DNA of 61,846 nt, counting the filler, from Globobulimina sp. (taxonomy: Eukaryota), in assembly GCA_003354225.1 (NCBI GenBank). It is 18 parts of 18 records of this genome, joined end to end, with 100 filler letters (N's around TTAATTAATTAA, not from the genome) between each part and the next. Parts side by side here need not be neighbours in the genome. Positions count along the whole stretch, not along the records: positions 34,426 to 37,766 come from PIVH01003028.1; positions 37,867 to 41,207 come from PIVH01003029.1; positions 41,308 to 44,648 come from PIVH01003030.1; positions 44,749 to 48,088 come from PIVH01003031.1; positions 48,189 to 51,528 come from PIVH01003032.1; 13 more parts are not named here. The stretch is one strand, 5' to 3'. The stretch's first letter is position 1. Each line of letters starts with the position of its first letter. Under the pieces are notes generated by a model. It searched no databases. It was not told the origin of the DNA and saw nothing but the letters and a program-made list of their open reading frames with translations. Below, piece by piece: positions 36,592-48,584 of this stretch. The position numbers and the translations under genes are program-made.

Positions 36592-37421
36592 ATGGATTTC
36601 AAACAGGAATTCTCTAAATACGTATGTTTCTATCAAACCACTGAAAAACAAATATATTTTTTTAAAACTCACAGAAAATATCCCGTTATGCGTCTGAATT
36701 TGTAGGCACATTCATTTTAGTGTGCTCCGTGAAAATGTCCGTGGCTTCAGACTCCGCATTGGCGCCACTTATCATTGGCATTACACTGATGATGGTGGTG
36801 TATAATTATGGCTATAATTCATTAGCAATGTTCAATCCGTCGGTGACAATCGGTCAAATCATTCGTAACTCGGCGACTTTCAAAGCAAAGGATTATGTTC
36901 AATGGAGCATGTACTTTGCAGTGCAATTCTTAGGCGGGATCTTAGGCGGTTTCTTCGCGGCGGCGGCTGGCGGACAAAAAGCGTGCGAAGTGTATACAAC
37001 TGTCAATTATCCGCAGTACGAAGTACATCACGCATTTCTCAGTGAATTGTTATTTTGCACCATTTTAGTTTCGGTAAATCTTCACGTTGCTACAGATCAA
37101 AGAATCGCTGGCAATCAGATGTACGGAGTTGCCATTGGTGCGGTGTTAATGATCAGTGCCACGGCTATTGGTCCCATCAGTGGCAGTGCTGTGAATCCAG
37201 CGGTGTGGCTTGGCACTGTTGTAAGTGCGGCAAACTGCGTTGATGAGTTACGCAATATGCAGTATTCGTGGATATATTGGCTGGCACATATTTTATCTGG
37301 TTTTATTGCCGGGTTTTGGTTCAATTTTATTTATGGTGGAGATGAATGTGATGGAAAGAGGGAAGTTGCTGCTGCTCAATCCATTGAACTTGAAGTTGAA
37401 GCATATGGCGATGATAATTAA
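36592..37421 (+). CDS. Aquaporin (MIP family); intron 36622-36674
   Basis: SEFVGTFILV, FNPSVT, ELLFCTILV and SGSAVNPAV; phase-0 intron joins MDFKQEFSKY|KISRY. Confidence 0.93.
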
Positions 37422-37489
37422 TTGTCGATAAATTATAGTCAATCAAATGTTTTTGTTTTTGTTTTTTACTCACACTCAAAAACTTCTTT

Positions 37490-37766
37490 TCTAGGATACC
37501 GTCGTTGTTTCTCTCTTTCTCTCCCAATCGTCCATAAAACGCAATGGCTGCCAAAGCTAATATTGTATATGCTGTTGGTAGTAATATCGAAGGTGAATTC
37601 GGTGTTGGTAATTCACGCCAATTTAAAGAATTAAGTGATTTAACATGGAGTCATCAGATCAATGTAACTCAAATATTTAATGGTGGTTGATTTACAATTT
37701 ACAGAGATGATAAAGATACGTTTTATGCAGCTGGAAATAATGAATATGGCACTTGTTTAGAGCAGA
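37490..37766 (+). pseudogene. RCC1-repeat gene fragment with in-frame TGA
   Basis: YAVGSNIEGEFGVG...GG*FTI...FYAAGNNEYG parallels the N-terminal repeats of the 48585 protein. Confidence 0.65.
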
Positions 37767-37866
37767 NNNNNNNNNNNNNNNNNNNNNNNNNNNNNNNNNN
37801 NNNNNNNNNNTTAATTAATTAANNNNNNNNNNNNNNNNNNNNNNNNNNNNNNNNNNNNNNNNNNNN

Positions 37867-37966
37867 TTTTGGGTTAGCTAGAATGGTTTTCAACTTTGAA
37901 TACTAGGATTCGAATACTAGGACAACTTCGAATACTAGGTTGAAAACCACTCTAGCTAACCCAAAA
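37867..37966. mobile_element. 100-bp palindromic MITE-like element with internal tandem GAATACTAGG units
   Basis: 28-bp arms 37867-37894 and 37939-37966 (1 mismatch); three internal GAATACTAGG copies; related copy at 26676. Confidence 0.8.
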
Positions 37967-37978
37967 ACCTTGCCAACC

Positions 37979-38025
37979 ACAAAAGAAGTGTTTAGAAGTT
38001 TAAGCCTAAAAAGTCAGTTGTATTT
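37979..38025. repeat. 47-nt dispersed repeat shared with 54473-54519
   Basis: 42 of 47 positions identical by manual alignment, on different contigs. Confidence 0.85.
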
Positions 38026-38089
38026 TACGTGAAATTATTTTTCGATACAGAGGCGATAGATAAAAATTATGACATAAAACAATTTACTC

Positions 38090-40403
38090 TCAAACACCAA
38101 CAATGTCATTAGATGTACTCATTTCACTTTGTATTCTAGTATTGGTTTTACCTTTGTTTCTTTGTGGTTGATCATCCTCATCATCACTATCCATATGTTG
38201 ATAACTTTCATGTGCCATCGCAGCCATTTGTGTTAACCTTTAAATATAGCACAATCCAAATAATATTGTACAGTTTGTAGCCAATATTTTAACTTATCTA
38301 TGTATCCATGACAAACTGTACAATATTATCTGGATTGAGTCATAACTTTGGCGAAGCAAATCTTGGGGAATCATGTACTGTTTCATCAATTAAAAAACAT
38401 AAAAAAATTGCATCCACAGCGACTTGTAATACCATCATAAAAAAAGAAGCAATCATCCATGAAATAACAAATATGATAACTGCAGGAAATATAAATGAGG
38501 ACACATTTGTTTTATAATATGGCAAATAAAACATAATAAGCACAGCAAGGCCAGTATTTAACGAAGCAATCGCGATCCTGCCAAACAACTCTGTGTAATG
38601 ACTGACGCCTTCAACCAACACTGTGCGACCAATGTTATGTGTCAATAATTTTAATGCTTGCCAAGACGAATAACAATATGCTGTGCCATAAACAGTTGTA
38701 AATATAAATCCTTCCTTCGATATCCTATCAAATATACATTGACAACATCTTAAACAACATTGAACACAACAAAATAAACATTTTATCACTGGATTTTGCC
38801 CTTTTTTGGTTTTTGCTTCAATGTATGTTACACACGCACGGATTATACGTATTATTGTTATAATTAAAGCACCCAATGCCAATGAGCCTAAATGGAACCT
38901 CAAAACTCTGAAAAAAGATTCTAAAATCGGCGAATATGACAATTCAGCGGTTTGATATCCGCGCACTTTTGCATTCTTCTCCATATTCCAGTCACTAAAA
39001 TACCAATCAGCTATGACGCCGCTTAAAACCATAAAACCAAAATATATGATAACCTGAACCATATAAAATAAACACATAAAATGATAAACAATACAATTCT
39101 TCATCGCAGTGTCCCACGTATAATAAACAAATGTCTTTGTTTGCGAGTAAATATGAACTAAGTCTGATGGTACCTCGCCATGTTGTTTTATTTGAACAGA
39201 ATAAATATAAATCAATACAAATATCCAAAATACAAAATATGCCAATCCAACCAATGAATAAATACAGGGAAATAATAACGTAGTCTTCATATCGCGGATA
39301 GCATTACTTGCTTCATCCAACATTTCAATGGCATTCCGAATGCGTTTTCTGTGGCATCCGGTGTAGTACATTTAATATATCCTCGCACAATGCACATACC
39401 TTATAAACCACAATGATAACCATATCATAATTAATATAAACGACAATATGCAGCCCAATATAACTTCCACTTTTCCAATGTCTTCAGTTTCAGCATCTTT
39501 CATGTCTTTGATGCCGCGTTGTATCATCAATACACTTAACATCACACCACCAATACCAATAACTAATATGGTTAACCATATCAATAATCGGCCAATACAT
39601 GCCACTGCTCGTAAATACATGAATGCTAAGATTATTCCAACAAAAGAACTGATTAATATCAACCTGTATATTAATGCGAATGTGCGGTTATATGATAAGA
39701 GCAATTTATTCGATTATTGCAACGGATACAAACCATTTTGTAGTCATAACATCAGCCACTGCCCGATCGTATTCTTGAGTGCTACTTGCGAATGATGCGT
39801 ATGATGAGAAATTCTGTGGGTATTTTGGAACACAATATGATGCTAAAAATGTTGTAGCTGTATAATAATCACCACCTAACATCAACGACGAATTTGCAGC
39901 TTTTGATGTGTCTTCACATGATTGCACACAAATCATTAATTTTGACGCGGATGGTTGTATATTATGTGCCAATGCTAATAAAACGTAGAAATAAGAGTAA
40001 TATTCAAACAGTTATAGATTACGAATTAAACACGGTATACCTGGCCATGCTGTATATGAACCATATTCATAACCGGGTTTACAAACATTTCCTTTGTAAT
40101 CATATCCTCGTAATAATAACTCCGGTTTTGCACCTTCACCCATTGCATAGCCAATTAATATAAATTGCGATATAAACACTGCTAATAAACCTAAACAACA
40201 CGGAATACTTCACAAATATTGTAGTTATTGTTGCTTATTGCGCTTATTTTCAAAAAGTACGAAGTAACACTGAACTCAGTGCATTGACGATCACTATTTT
40301 GCACCACTTCAGCCAATGGTTTATGTTTAAATGCATTTTCATCCATAAAGCAACAAATACCAATTCTATTCGAATTTTTCTCGCAACAACCTTGTGCCGC
40401 CAT
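38090..40403 (-). CDS. Choline transporter-like protein (CTL/SLC44), multi-exon
   Basis: Spliced RQCTDIPCC, GYDYKGNVC, RFHLGSLALGALII, CCVQCCLRCC and VDAIFLCFLID. Confidence 0.92.
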
Positions 40404-40550
40404 TAGTCGTTTTCTGAGTTTTTTTAAGATGGTAAAAAACCTGATGCTGAGCGAAATTCTTTGTTTAAAAGTTAAAAAAAAAAGGACATTACAATTGAAA
40501 GTTGTACAAATGACTAATATAAACCTATCACCGTTCAATAAACAACAAAG

Positions 40551-41207
40551 TTATCTCCTCCTCGTATCCAACGTAATATCTTTCAAAACTTTAGCATATT
40601 GCTGTATTTTATCTTTGTCCAACGACGCAATCAATCCATTTTTAAACTTTGCATGTCCTTTTCTGTATCTTAGCGGTTTTCCATCTTTATCCGTAATATC
40701 GCCACCAACAGATTTTAATAACGCATGTCCAGCGCATAAGTCCCATGTTTTAATGGCAGTGACATGAATATATGCGTCAACCTGGCCAGTTAATACCAAA
40801 AATGATTTAAACCCGGCACCGCCAGCCGGTAAAGACTCTTTCCCCAAATTATCCTTTACAATGTCTTTGCCTTTGCCAGTGTGCGACCTTGACACCGTTA
40901 CAAGTTTTTGAGCAGTCAGATCTGGCCTTTTCTCCTGAATTCCATGTAATTGATGTTCTTCACTGGTAGCAACCCCCCAAAATATAGGCTCATTCTCAAC
41001 AAAGGGTCGGCCAATAATTCCAGCAATGGGTTTTTCGTCAGACACAATACAGATTAATGTAGTAACAAAGGGCAACATATCCGAGCCATCCACATCTCTT
41101 TCTTCTGTAAACTCTTTCGTAGCATCCAATGGATCGATGATGATGGATATTTGCGATGGATCTAATAACTTATCACCACCCCTCACACCGTCAATATATT
41201 CTAATGT
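40551..41207 (-). CDS. IMPAD1: Inositol monophosphatase family PAP phosphatase (IMPAD1/gPAPP-like), 5'-truncated
   Basis: IDPLDATKEFTE, VSRSH, AGGAGFK and AYIHVTAIKTWDLCAGHALL. Confidence 0.85.
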   Translation of the reverse strand, partial: TLEYIDGVRGGDKLLDPSQISIIIDPLDATKEFTEERDVDGSDMLPFVTTLICIVSDEKPIAGIIGRPFVENEPIFWGVATSEEHQLHGIQEKRPDLTAQKLVTVSRSHTGKGKDIVKDNLGKESLPAGGAGFKSFLVLTGQVDAYIHVTAIKTWDLCAGHALLKSVGGDITDKDGKPLRYRKGHAKFKNGLIASLDKDKIQQYAKVLKDITLDTRRR

Positions 41208-41307
41208 NNNNNNNNNNNNNNNNNNNNNNNNNNNNNNNNNNNNNNNNNNNNTTAATTAATTAANNNNNNNNNNNNNNNNNNNNNNNNNNNNNNNNNNNNN
41301 NNNNNNN

Positions 41308-43150
41308 TTTGTTTTTCTCAAATTGCTCCATTATGGATAAGTTACCTGTGTTAAGTGCAAGACTTCCAAGTTACTAAAGTTTAATACAAAGGACAATGTC
41401 GAGTACCTAGTCGATGTTTATGCCAATACTCCACACAACTCGTCATATGTTGATAAGAGGCAAAAAAGACCAGCATCCCATACGGTATTCGCCGCGTAAT
41501 ATTAATCAATGCATTGCCTAATTCGCCCACATATTCAGTGGTATTTCTCACCGTATATTCAGACGACAATATCTTATGACAAGGTCCTTTCTCCAACACC
41601 CCGACATATATCTGCTTGTCACAAATCAAATGTTTATTTTCTAATCTAATGGGAAAAGCAACCTCCAATTCATGCGAGAACGACTCCAACGGTGCTAAGG
41701 TGCCGCTGGTTAATATCATAGCATGTACTTCATTTTTCAAACTCGATATGGCAATGCCTGGATTGAAGCACCATAACGACAACGTGCGCTGACTCGCATT
41801 GCCCACAAAATATTGTGTTTTCTTTTTATTTACCTTTTTGATGGCTAAATGTGTCCGAAATGAGTCAGATTTAAACGTTTTATTGAAAATAGTCTGCAAT
41901 GCACTGACAAACGTTTCTAATCCATATTTGCTGGAATTTGAGTTTTTATTTGATTTCAATGAGTTTGCCACGTTTTCCTCTGCTTCCGGGCTCGCTAATT
42001 CACGCAACACATCTTGCGCAACATCAATAATTGTCTCATAGTCAGCAGTTGTTATCTCTGCTTTTTTTAATATCTCAAATATAAATTTCCCCTCTTTTAC
42101 CAACGATGCTTCTTCGTTTTTGCCCCTCATTGGAATATCAATACTTTCGATCACTTTTTCCAAGTTTAATAATATCTTTTTTAAGCCGGCCAAATCCTCC
42201 TCAGATGTCAGAGCATTCTCTGCGTTGCTTTTATTTAACTCCAACACCGATTGTATCTCCGATATACATTGTGCCAATGTGTCAGCAGCCAACTCAAACG
42301 AGGCAGACTCGCAACACACTGATTGAATGTTATGTGCTTCATCAAAGATAACAATGCTTCCCGCTATTTTGACAGAAGAGGGCCGCATCGAAGTGGATAT
42401 TAAATAGTTATATGGCATGAATATAATATCGGCCTCGTTACACGCGGAGATACTATGATAATACGGACAAAAACCTGCATCTTTTCCGATTAAATGCAAG
42501 TCCTCCACATCTAAAATGTGTGTGGAGAGGATGTTCTTCGTCATATTATCCATATGTTTGCTGCCTTGTTTGTAGTAGCATTTCTTAGTGGAAGTTGGGC
42601 TGTTTATGCTGCGGCATTTTGTATTCAGTTTGCTGCCTCTTTCCTTGGATATTTTCGGATGAACACATAGTTGATCTCTCGAGCCCAATATTGCGATTTT
42701 TATCTTTGGTGCATATGCGGTGCATTTCAGTTCTTGCACGACTTGATTTAACTGGGTATGGGTGCGAGTGGAGTAGATCACATTTGGTATTCCAATGCGT
42801 TTATGTAACGAGTCAATACCATCCATTTCAAATTTTTTTAATTTAACAGGGTCGCTTTTTAAATTCTCTCGCCAGCCCAATATGGAACATAGCAATGATA
42901 AGGTCTTGCCGGTACCAGTTGGACTTTCTAATAAGGCGGATTGCCCGGTTTCTAACGTTTCAATCACTTTCGACATGTATGTGTGTTGACAATCGTAGGG
43001 TTCAAATGGAAATAAGATTTTTATTCCATTGATGTCGATTTCGTTCTGGCCTTCGGTGCAAAGGGATTGTGCTCTGCATTTAGTGGATGTGTTGTTGTTT
43101 TGGTTGGAGAGACGTTGCTTCTCCTCTGTTAGTTTTTGTTTAGCTTTCAT
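41308..43150 (-). CDS. RTEL1: Fe-S DEAH helicase, RTEL1-like (FANCJ not excluded), 3'-truncated
   Basis: LLESPTGTGKT, STRTHTQL, LGSRDQLC, CPYY, MPYNYL, DEAHN, WCFNPG, LTSGTL and GMLVFFASY. Confidence 0.85.
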
Positions 43151-43238
43151 GGTGTCACCGACTCACCGTCTCACTCTCATTATAAAAAATGAAAAAAGAA
43201 CGGAAAAGTGTTCAGTTACTAACTGTTAATTTCAAAAA

Positions 43239-43505
43239 ATGTCCAAACCAAAATCCAAATCGAAATCCAAACAAAGAGGACCACAATTTGATCCACAGAC
43301 ATTCAAAAAGTTATTTGATGCATTATGGACAGAGCACGCAAAAATAAAACCAGAAGTGCTAGATTTATGTGCTGAATATATTCGGTTAATGACAAACACT
43401 TGTATTGAAAGAGCAATTGTTCAATCAGAGTCAGATCAAACCAATGAGTTAAATGAAACACATATACGTAAAATTTTAATTCAAGCATTGATGGATTTTA
43501 GATGA
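43239..43505 (+). CDS. CENPX: Centromere protein X / MHF2 histone-fold protein
   Basis: 88 aa; AEYIRL....IERA and C-terminal HIRKILIQALMDF. Confidence 0.85.
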   Translation: MSKPKSKSKSKQRGPQFDPQTFKKLFDALWTEHAKIKPEVLDLCAEYIRLMTNTCIERAIVQSESDQTNELNETHIRKILIQALMDFR

Positions 43506-43567
43506 AATTTTAAATATATAATAATTAAACTCAATGTGCGTTGTGCAAGGATCATGGTGTATAAATA

Positions 43568-44458
43568 TTATGTTTTTTTGGTTTTGTTGCCATATTTTGC
43601 ATCAAATGACGCTTTTTGATCTTGTCTCCGTTTATCAAATTCTAATTTTTCACCAGGTTTTTCAAACGCATTTGTTTTCCCGTGTTTCCAAACTTTAATT
43701 GCTTTATTCACAATTAATCGAAACCAATGTAAATTTAGACAATGAAATGCTAAATTTATTGCAACTGCAGTCCAATATTTGTATGGCGGAACACAATTCC
43801 ATTGAATACGCGATGATTTTAATACGTATGCATCCAATAATTGCATAGTGATATATGATCCAAATACAATTCGAACCATAAAAAACAAGAAAGCAAACAC
43901 AAATCTCATTATTGATGCTAGAAAATTATAATGTGCGTAATGTAAAAATGCATACAAATGAAGGAATATTGTGGATGATTCATACAATAATACAGAAAGT
44001 CCAATTGCTTGACCAGCTGCGGTATGTATTACAATTCCATAAATGAGTATAGATAATGTTCCATGAGCAATGAAATCCAGTCCCGGCTCTTCGGTGATTG
44101 TTTTAAATAAATCATAACAAAAATATCCAAATGATACGCAACAGACAAGATCTGCATATTCTATTGGTTTACAAGTGCTTGTTGCATAGCTAAACATTGA
44201 ATAATAATTCAATAACACATAAAGCGATGACGGTACTGCAATGCATGAATGTGTGAATGAGACTGCTTTAAATGCTCTTCTTTTTTGAACGCAGAATAAA
44301 TGAACAAACATCAGTTGAATACATTTAAAAAATATACCAGAGATTACAATAATGATAAGGCGGCGCAATGTTAATGCTGGATATTGTGGGTATAAAGTGT
44401 TTGATTCAACCCATGGAAGAATATTTGAATCCAAATCGCCAAACAGCGACAGTGACAT
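43568..44458 (-). CDS. TLC (TRAM/LAG1/CLN8) domain membrane protein
   Basis: VSFTHS, SFGYFCYDL, LLYESSTIFL, FAFLFFMVRI and LNLHWF. Confidence 0.85.
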   Translation of the reverse strand: MSLSLFGDLDSNILPWVESNTLYPQYPALTLRRLIIIVISGIFFKCIQLMFVHLFCVQKRRAFKAVSFTHSCIAVPSSLYVLLNYYSMFSYATSTCKPIEYADLVCCVSFGYFCYDLFKTITEEPGLDFIAHGTLSILIYGIVIHTAAGQAIGLSVLLYESSTIFLHLYAFLHYAHYNFLASIMRFVFAFLFFMVRIVFGSYITMQLLDAYVLKSSRIQWNCVPPYKYWTAVAINLAFHCLNLHWFRLIVNKAIKVWKHGKTNAFEKPGEKLEFDKRRQDQKASFDAKYGNKTKKT

Positions 44459-45199
44459 TGTCTGAGTTGGGGCAAAGTTTCTAGAACTTTCTGCTTGGGT
44501 CACGCTCGAAATCCGACCAACAAAAACACGTGGTGTTATATCTCGGAACTCATCGTTCAAGTACTAATTGTATAAGAATTAAACAAATCTGTTCGAGGAA
44601 AAAAAAATAAAATAAAACAAACATGCAACAAAAAAACAAACAAACAAANNNNNNNNNNNNNNNNNNNNNNNNNNNNNNNNNNNNNNNNNNNNTTAATTAA
44701 TTAANNNNNNNNNNNNNNNNNNNNNNNNNNNNNNNNNNNNNNNNNNNNGTATCGCTGTCATTGTTTCCATCATGATTATCATTGTTGTCATCAGACGTAT
44801 TGTTATCATCGTTGTCATCGTTATCATGGTTGTGATTATCATCTTCTGCCTCGCTGTAAAATTGGATAATTACATTATTATCTCCGACGATATTGTAATC
44901 GCCACAGATATACATATTGCCATCACCGCGAACATTGTAAGCACCAAATACAGCATTTTCGCCTAATAAACTCGGCAAAGATAACTTTTTGCCCATTGAT
45001 GCGTTGGGAACTTTTAATAAATGTTTTCGAGACTAAAAAAAGTATCACAGTAATCTGTCATTTGGTTAATCAATTGATGCAATTAATTTATATTGCCAAA
45101 AAAGTTTAGGAACTGATGAACGTGGAGATTTAGGGAGTATTTCATTGCTAAAGTTTGTACATTGTAAATTATAAATCAATTTATAATTCATTGGTAAAC

Positions 45200-46107
45200 A
45201 AAAAGGAGATGCGAGTGTATATAATTAATATTGTATGGATTATCCGCTGCGTTTAACGACTTCTGTGGAATTACCGGCGGTTACACAAGCACGGGCGTCT
45301 AATGACTATCATCCTGGCAATAACCAATGGTATGCATGCATTTTGTAGTGAATGTGTATTGTGTTTGTTTTGTAAATATAGCCATTGATATTGCTCCATC
45401 TAAAGACAGTTATTGGTCGCAGCCAGACCCCCAAACTGGTCATTATAGTGCTGGCACACATGAACCATATAACAGATTGCAGTCAGCTATTTTGTCCTTA
45501 TCCAATGGGCCATGGACGTTTGCGGATAGAATTGGTATGTTTTAAAGAAATGCTGTGCTGTTTTTGACATGATATAACGGTATATATTATAGGTTATAGT
45601 GATGCTAAATTAATTATGAGATGTTGCTCCAGTGATGGCTTGTTGCTACGGCCCGATACATCGGGAACAATGATTGATGCATATTTTCGATATAGATCAG
45701 GTTTGCAGAATTCCACTCAAATGCGTAGTGGCGAAATATGGAGCACCTATTCAGTGATTGGTGCATATAAATATTGGTATGTTTTAGGGGTTTTGTTGGA
45801 TAATTCATTGGATATATATCCAATCGATGTTAGTTATGATTTGGCAGATGATACAAGTGATAAATGGTTGTATTATGAGTCAAATAAAACAGATAGTTTT
45901 AAGCAATTTGATTCCAAAACGGCATTGCAAGTCCGAAGTGGGAGGGAATTCGATTTTCAGTTATATACATTGATACCGATTGGTACTGTTTATGGACAGA
46001 ATGAGTGGTATTTGAGCGGTGAGGTAAATAAATGGATAACAGTGAGCGCACAGAGATTTTTAGATATATCAAGAGCTTCAAATAATATTCCATATTTTCA
46101 AACCTGA
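45200..46107 (+). CDS. GH36 raffinose-synthase/Sip1-like glycoside hydrolase fragment, intron-containing, possibly degenerate
   Basis: YCM...ARASNDYHP, LSNGPWTFADRIG and LIMRCCSSDGLLLRP follow the order of Sip1-type motifs. Confidence 0.55.
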
Positions 46108-46286
46108 GAAGAAGATCTGTTTATTTTGAGTTTGTAATATTGTGTGTATTTAAATGAAGTGAAAAACTCTGTGTGTTTGAAACTTCATCAACTTTTTTAC
46201 CTTCCATTACGACCATTCCAACTTGCTGACGGTAGGAAAACTAAACATTCCACCAACTAACCTGTCGCGCCACAACAATTTTGAAT

Positions 46287-47954
46287 ATGGCAGTATATGG
46301 TCTATCCGATGCAGTCAACCACGCGCTCGCAAATCTCACAAAAAATGATAAAAAAGTATTACGCAAGCAATGGAAATTCAGCTTTTCGAAAGCAAATTTA
46401 AAAAAATCGTCCAAAGGCAATGCAGATGATTATTACAATACGGCCGAGATTTCCTTTCTCGTCACGTTAATCCAGCAAAATAAGTTTGATCTCTTTTTTG
46501 TGCCTACAACAAATCGTACATCTCTTCAATCCTTCAAATTATTTCTGCAAATTGTGAAGAAACGTGCAAAAATTGGCACAGAAATTGGCAGTGTGCATGA
46601 TTTATTATTATTGTGCTGCTCTGAATTTACTGATGAAGAATATGAAATATTTGAGGGGTCCTCAGATTTTGCAAATTATGAGGAGGTAATGGAGGTTAAA
46701 GCCTTTGATTTCCTCAACAGCGATGCTGCAACGTTCACCGATGACGATGACGAAAATTCGGATATTGATTTATTAATATCACACACTCAAAATGAAATTA
46801 CTGACGCTGAGGAATCCCCTGACAATGCTTTGTTTGATGGATTGAGTTATTCACTCTCCGCTTCCTCGCAGTCCTCCGCAACAACGTCAGATGCACAAAC
46901 GTCAGAGGTGCAAACCCAACAAACCTCGCAAACCCAACAAACCTCGTTGTCGTTATCGCAGCAAACCAACAGTCTCATTCAATTAATAAATTCCCAGCAT
47001 GTCGATGTCGTTGATCCCATCAAAGAGGCCATGGACTTAAATTATGCAAATTTTTTGGATTCCATCCAATCCGAAATCGACGAATTAACGGTGTTCACAG
47101 GTAACAGTGATCTGAAAAGATCTACAATTTTGTCGGCAATGGTCGCAAATATCATTATTTTCAATTTTACCGTCGATTTTTCACTTTTAGAGAGTGTTAA
47201 ATATATCGCTCAAACCGATGGGGATCGCCAATCCCAGAAATTCATTTTCCACATCACCCCGAGTATCACAAATAGGTTAATCAAACGTGGCGTGATGGAC
47301 AAAAAGAAGAATATCGTCAATTTAAGTAAATTCCCGCAAATTTTGAAAAATAAGCAAATTCCACCAGTATTGGTTGACAAATATTCCCCAAATACTGCAA
47401 ATCCCAAGAAACGCCCGAGATCGCTCACAAATACACCTCCGCGGTCATCAAAAAGGAACAAAGAGGCGGTGGCAGAACATAAAGCGCAGCCAACTACGCG
47501 TCCTCGTTTCCGCTTTCCTACCTTTATCAAACCTGCAACGCGCCCTTCTGAATCAACGCCAGTCACAAAAGAAGACTTGGCCTCATTCCGTGCCTCCATT
47601 ACGGATCAAGTAACTCAGCAACATTCCCAATTTCGCCGTGAAATGGACCGCAAAAATTATAAAAATAAGCCGGTGTACCAATTCAATCCCAACACCACTA
47701 ATTTACAGCGCCTTATTAAAATGGATAAGTATTTATTGACGGCCCCCGGCGTTGATAAAAAGAAAAAGCAGGATTGTGTCCTGACGATGGTTGATCTGTC
47801 GATAAATCAAATTATTGACACTGAAGTCTCGTTAATTAACAAATTGATCAATTCGAAATTGACTGAAAACGGTCGTAAAATCACAGGCCGTGACATCGTC
47901 CAAGATTTAGAAGGTACCTTTGTTGCATCTCTCCTCTCTGTTTATATTAAGTAG
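46287..47954 (+). CDS. Intronless hypothetical protein with acidic, Q/S/T-rich and basic Pro-rich segments
   Basis: Open for ~555 codons; no recognised domain. Confidence 0.6.
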   Translation: MAVYGLSDAVNHALANLTKNDKKVLRKQWKFSFSKANLKKSSKGNADDYYNTAEISFLVTLIQQNKFDLFFVPTTNRTSLQSFKLFLQIVKKRAKIGTEIGSVHDLLLLCCSEFTDEEYEIFEGSSDFANYEEVMEVKAFDFLNSDAATFTDDDDENSDIDLLISHTQNEITDAEESPDNALFDGLSYSLSASSQSSATTSDAQTSEVQTQQTSQTQQTSLSLSQQTNSLIQLINSQHVDVVDPIKEAMDLNYANFLDSIQSEIDELTVFTGNSDLKRSTILSAMVANIIIFNFTVDFSLLESVKYIAQTDGDRQSQKFIFHITPSITNRLIKRGVMDKKKNIVNLSKFPQILKNKQIPPVLVDKYSPNTANPKKRPRSLTNTPPRSSKRNKEAVAEHKAQPTTRPRFRFPTFIKPATRPSESTPVTKEDLASFRASITDQVTQQHSQFRREMDRKNYKNKPVYQFNPNTTNLQRLIKMDKYLLTAPGVDKKKKQDCVLTMVDLSINQIIDTEVSLINKLINSKLTENGRKITGRDIVQDLEGTFVASLLSVYIK

Positions 47955-48188
47955 TGATAATTTCTGCTGTAATCTGTTGTTTTCTTCTTTGAGGTGTTAG
48001 GATTGACCCCTTCACGTCTTTGATTTCATGAAATCAGCAGTGACCTTTGGTATTCTCTCTGCTTTTATGATGAATAAATGGAGCTGCANNNNNNNNNNNN
48101 NNNNNNNNNNNNNNNNNNNNNNNNNNNNNNNNTTAATTAATTAANNNNNNNNNNNNNNNNNNNNNNNNNNNNNNNNNNNNNNNNNNNN

Positions 48189-48428
48189 GATATCAATGGT
48201 GCCATTGATATCCAATTTTTCGCAATTACTACAGGTTATGGATTCACATCGACAACATGCTAAATTATCACATTTTACTTGTCCTGATGCAGATATACTA
48301 TCTGCTGTGGCAACACATTGAACATTGTTGGCTGATCCTGAACAATCCTGTCCTGCTGCACCGGTATGGCCGCGTGATTGTGGTAACGTATACATTACAA
48401 ATAATGTGAATAATGCAATTTTAATCAT
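48189..48428 (-). CDS. Secreted Cys-rich protein, N-terminal part
   Basis: Signal-peptide-like start and eight Cys in about 60 aa; runs into the linker. Confidence 0.55.
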
Positions 48429-48584
48429 TTTGTATGATATTATTTTATATAGTTTTCTATGGTAGTTTGCTTTGTCGATAGGTTAACGTTTTTAGCTAAT
48501 TGCGAATGTAATGACTAGACTGCAAATGAAGTTAATGAAGCACGTATTACTCAAACGATTGTGCAGAACTAGGTTTTATTTTTA

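Noticed and set aside
27925-37690. TGA stop-codon reassignment suggested by in-frame TGAs in the ricin and RCC1 fragments
   Set aside because: TGA ends apparently complete genes (CENP-X, Hsp70, SLC44), long conserved genes lack internal TGA, and the RCC1 TGA aligns with Arg, fitting CGA>TGA mutation.
44749-44996. Asp/Asn-rich ORF as a special repeat protein
   Set aside because: Short, truncated and low-complexity; such tracts are common across this window.
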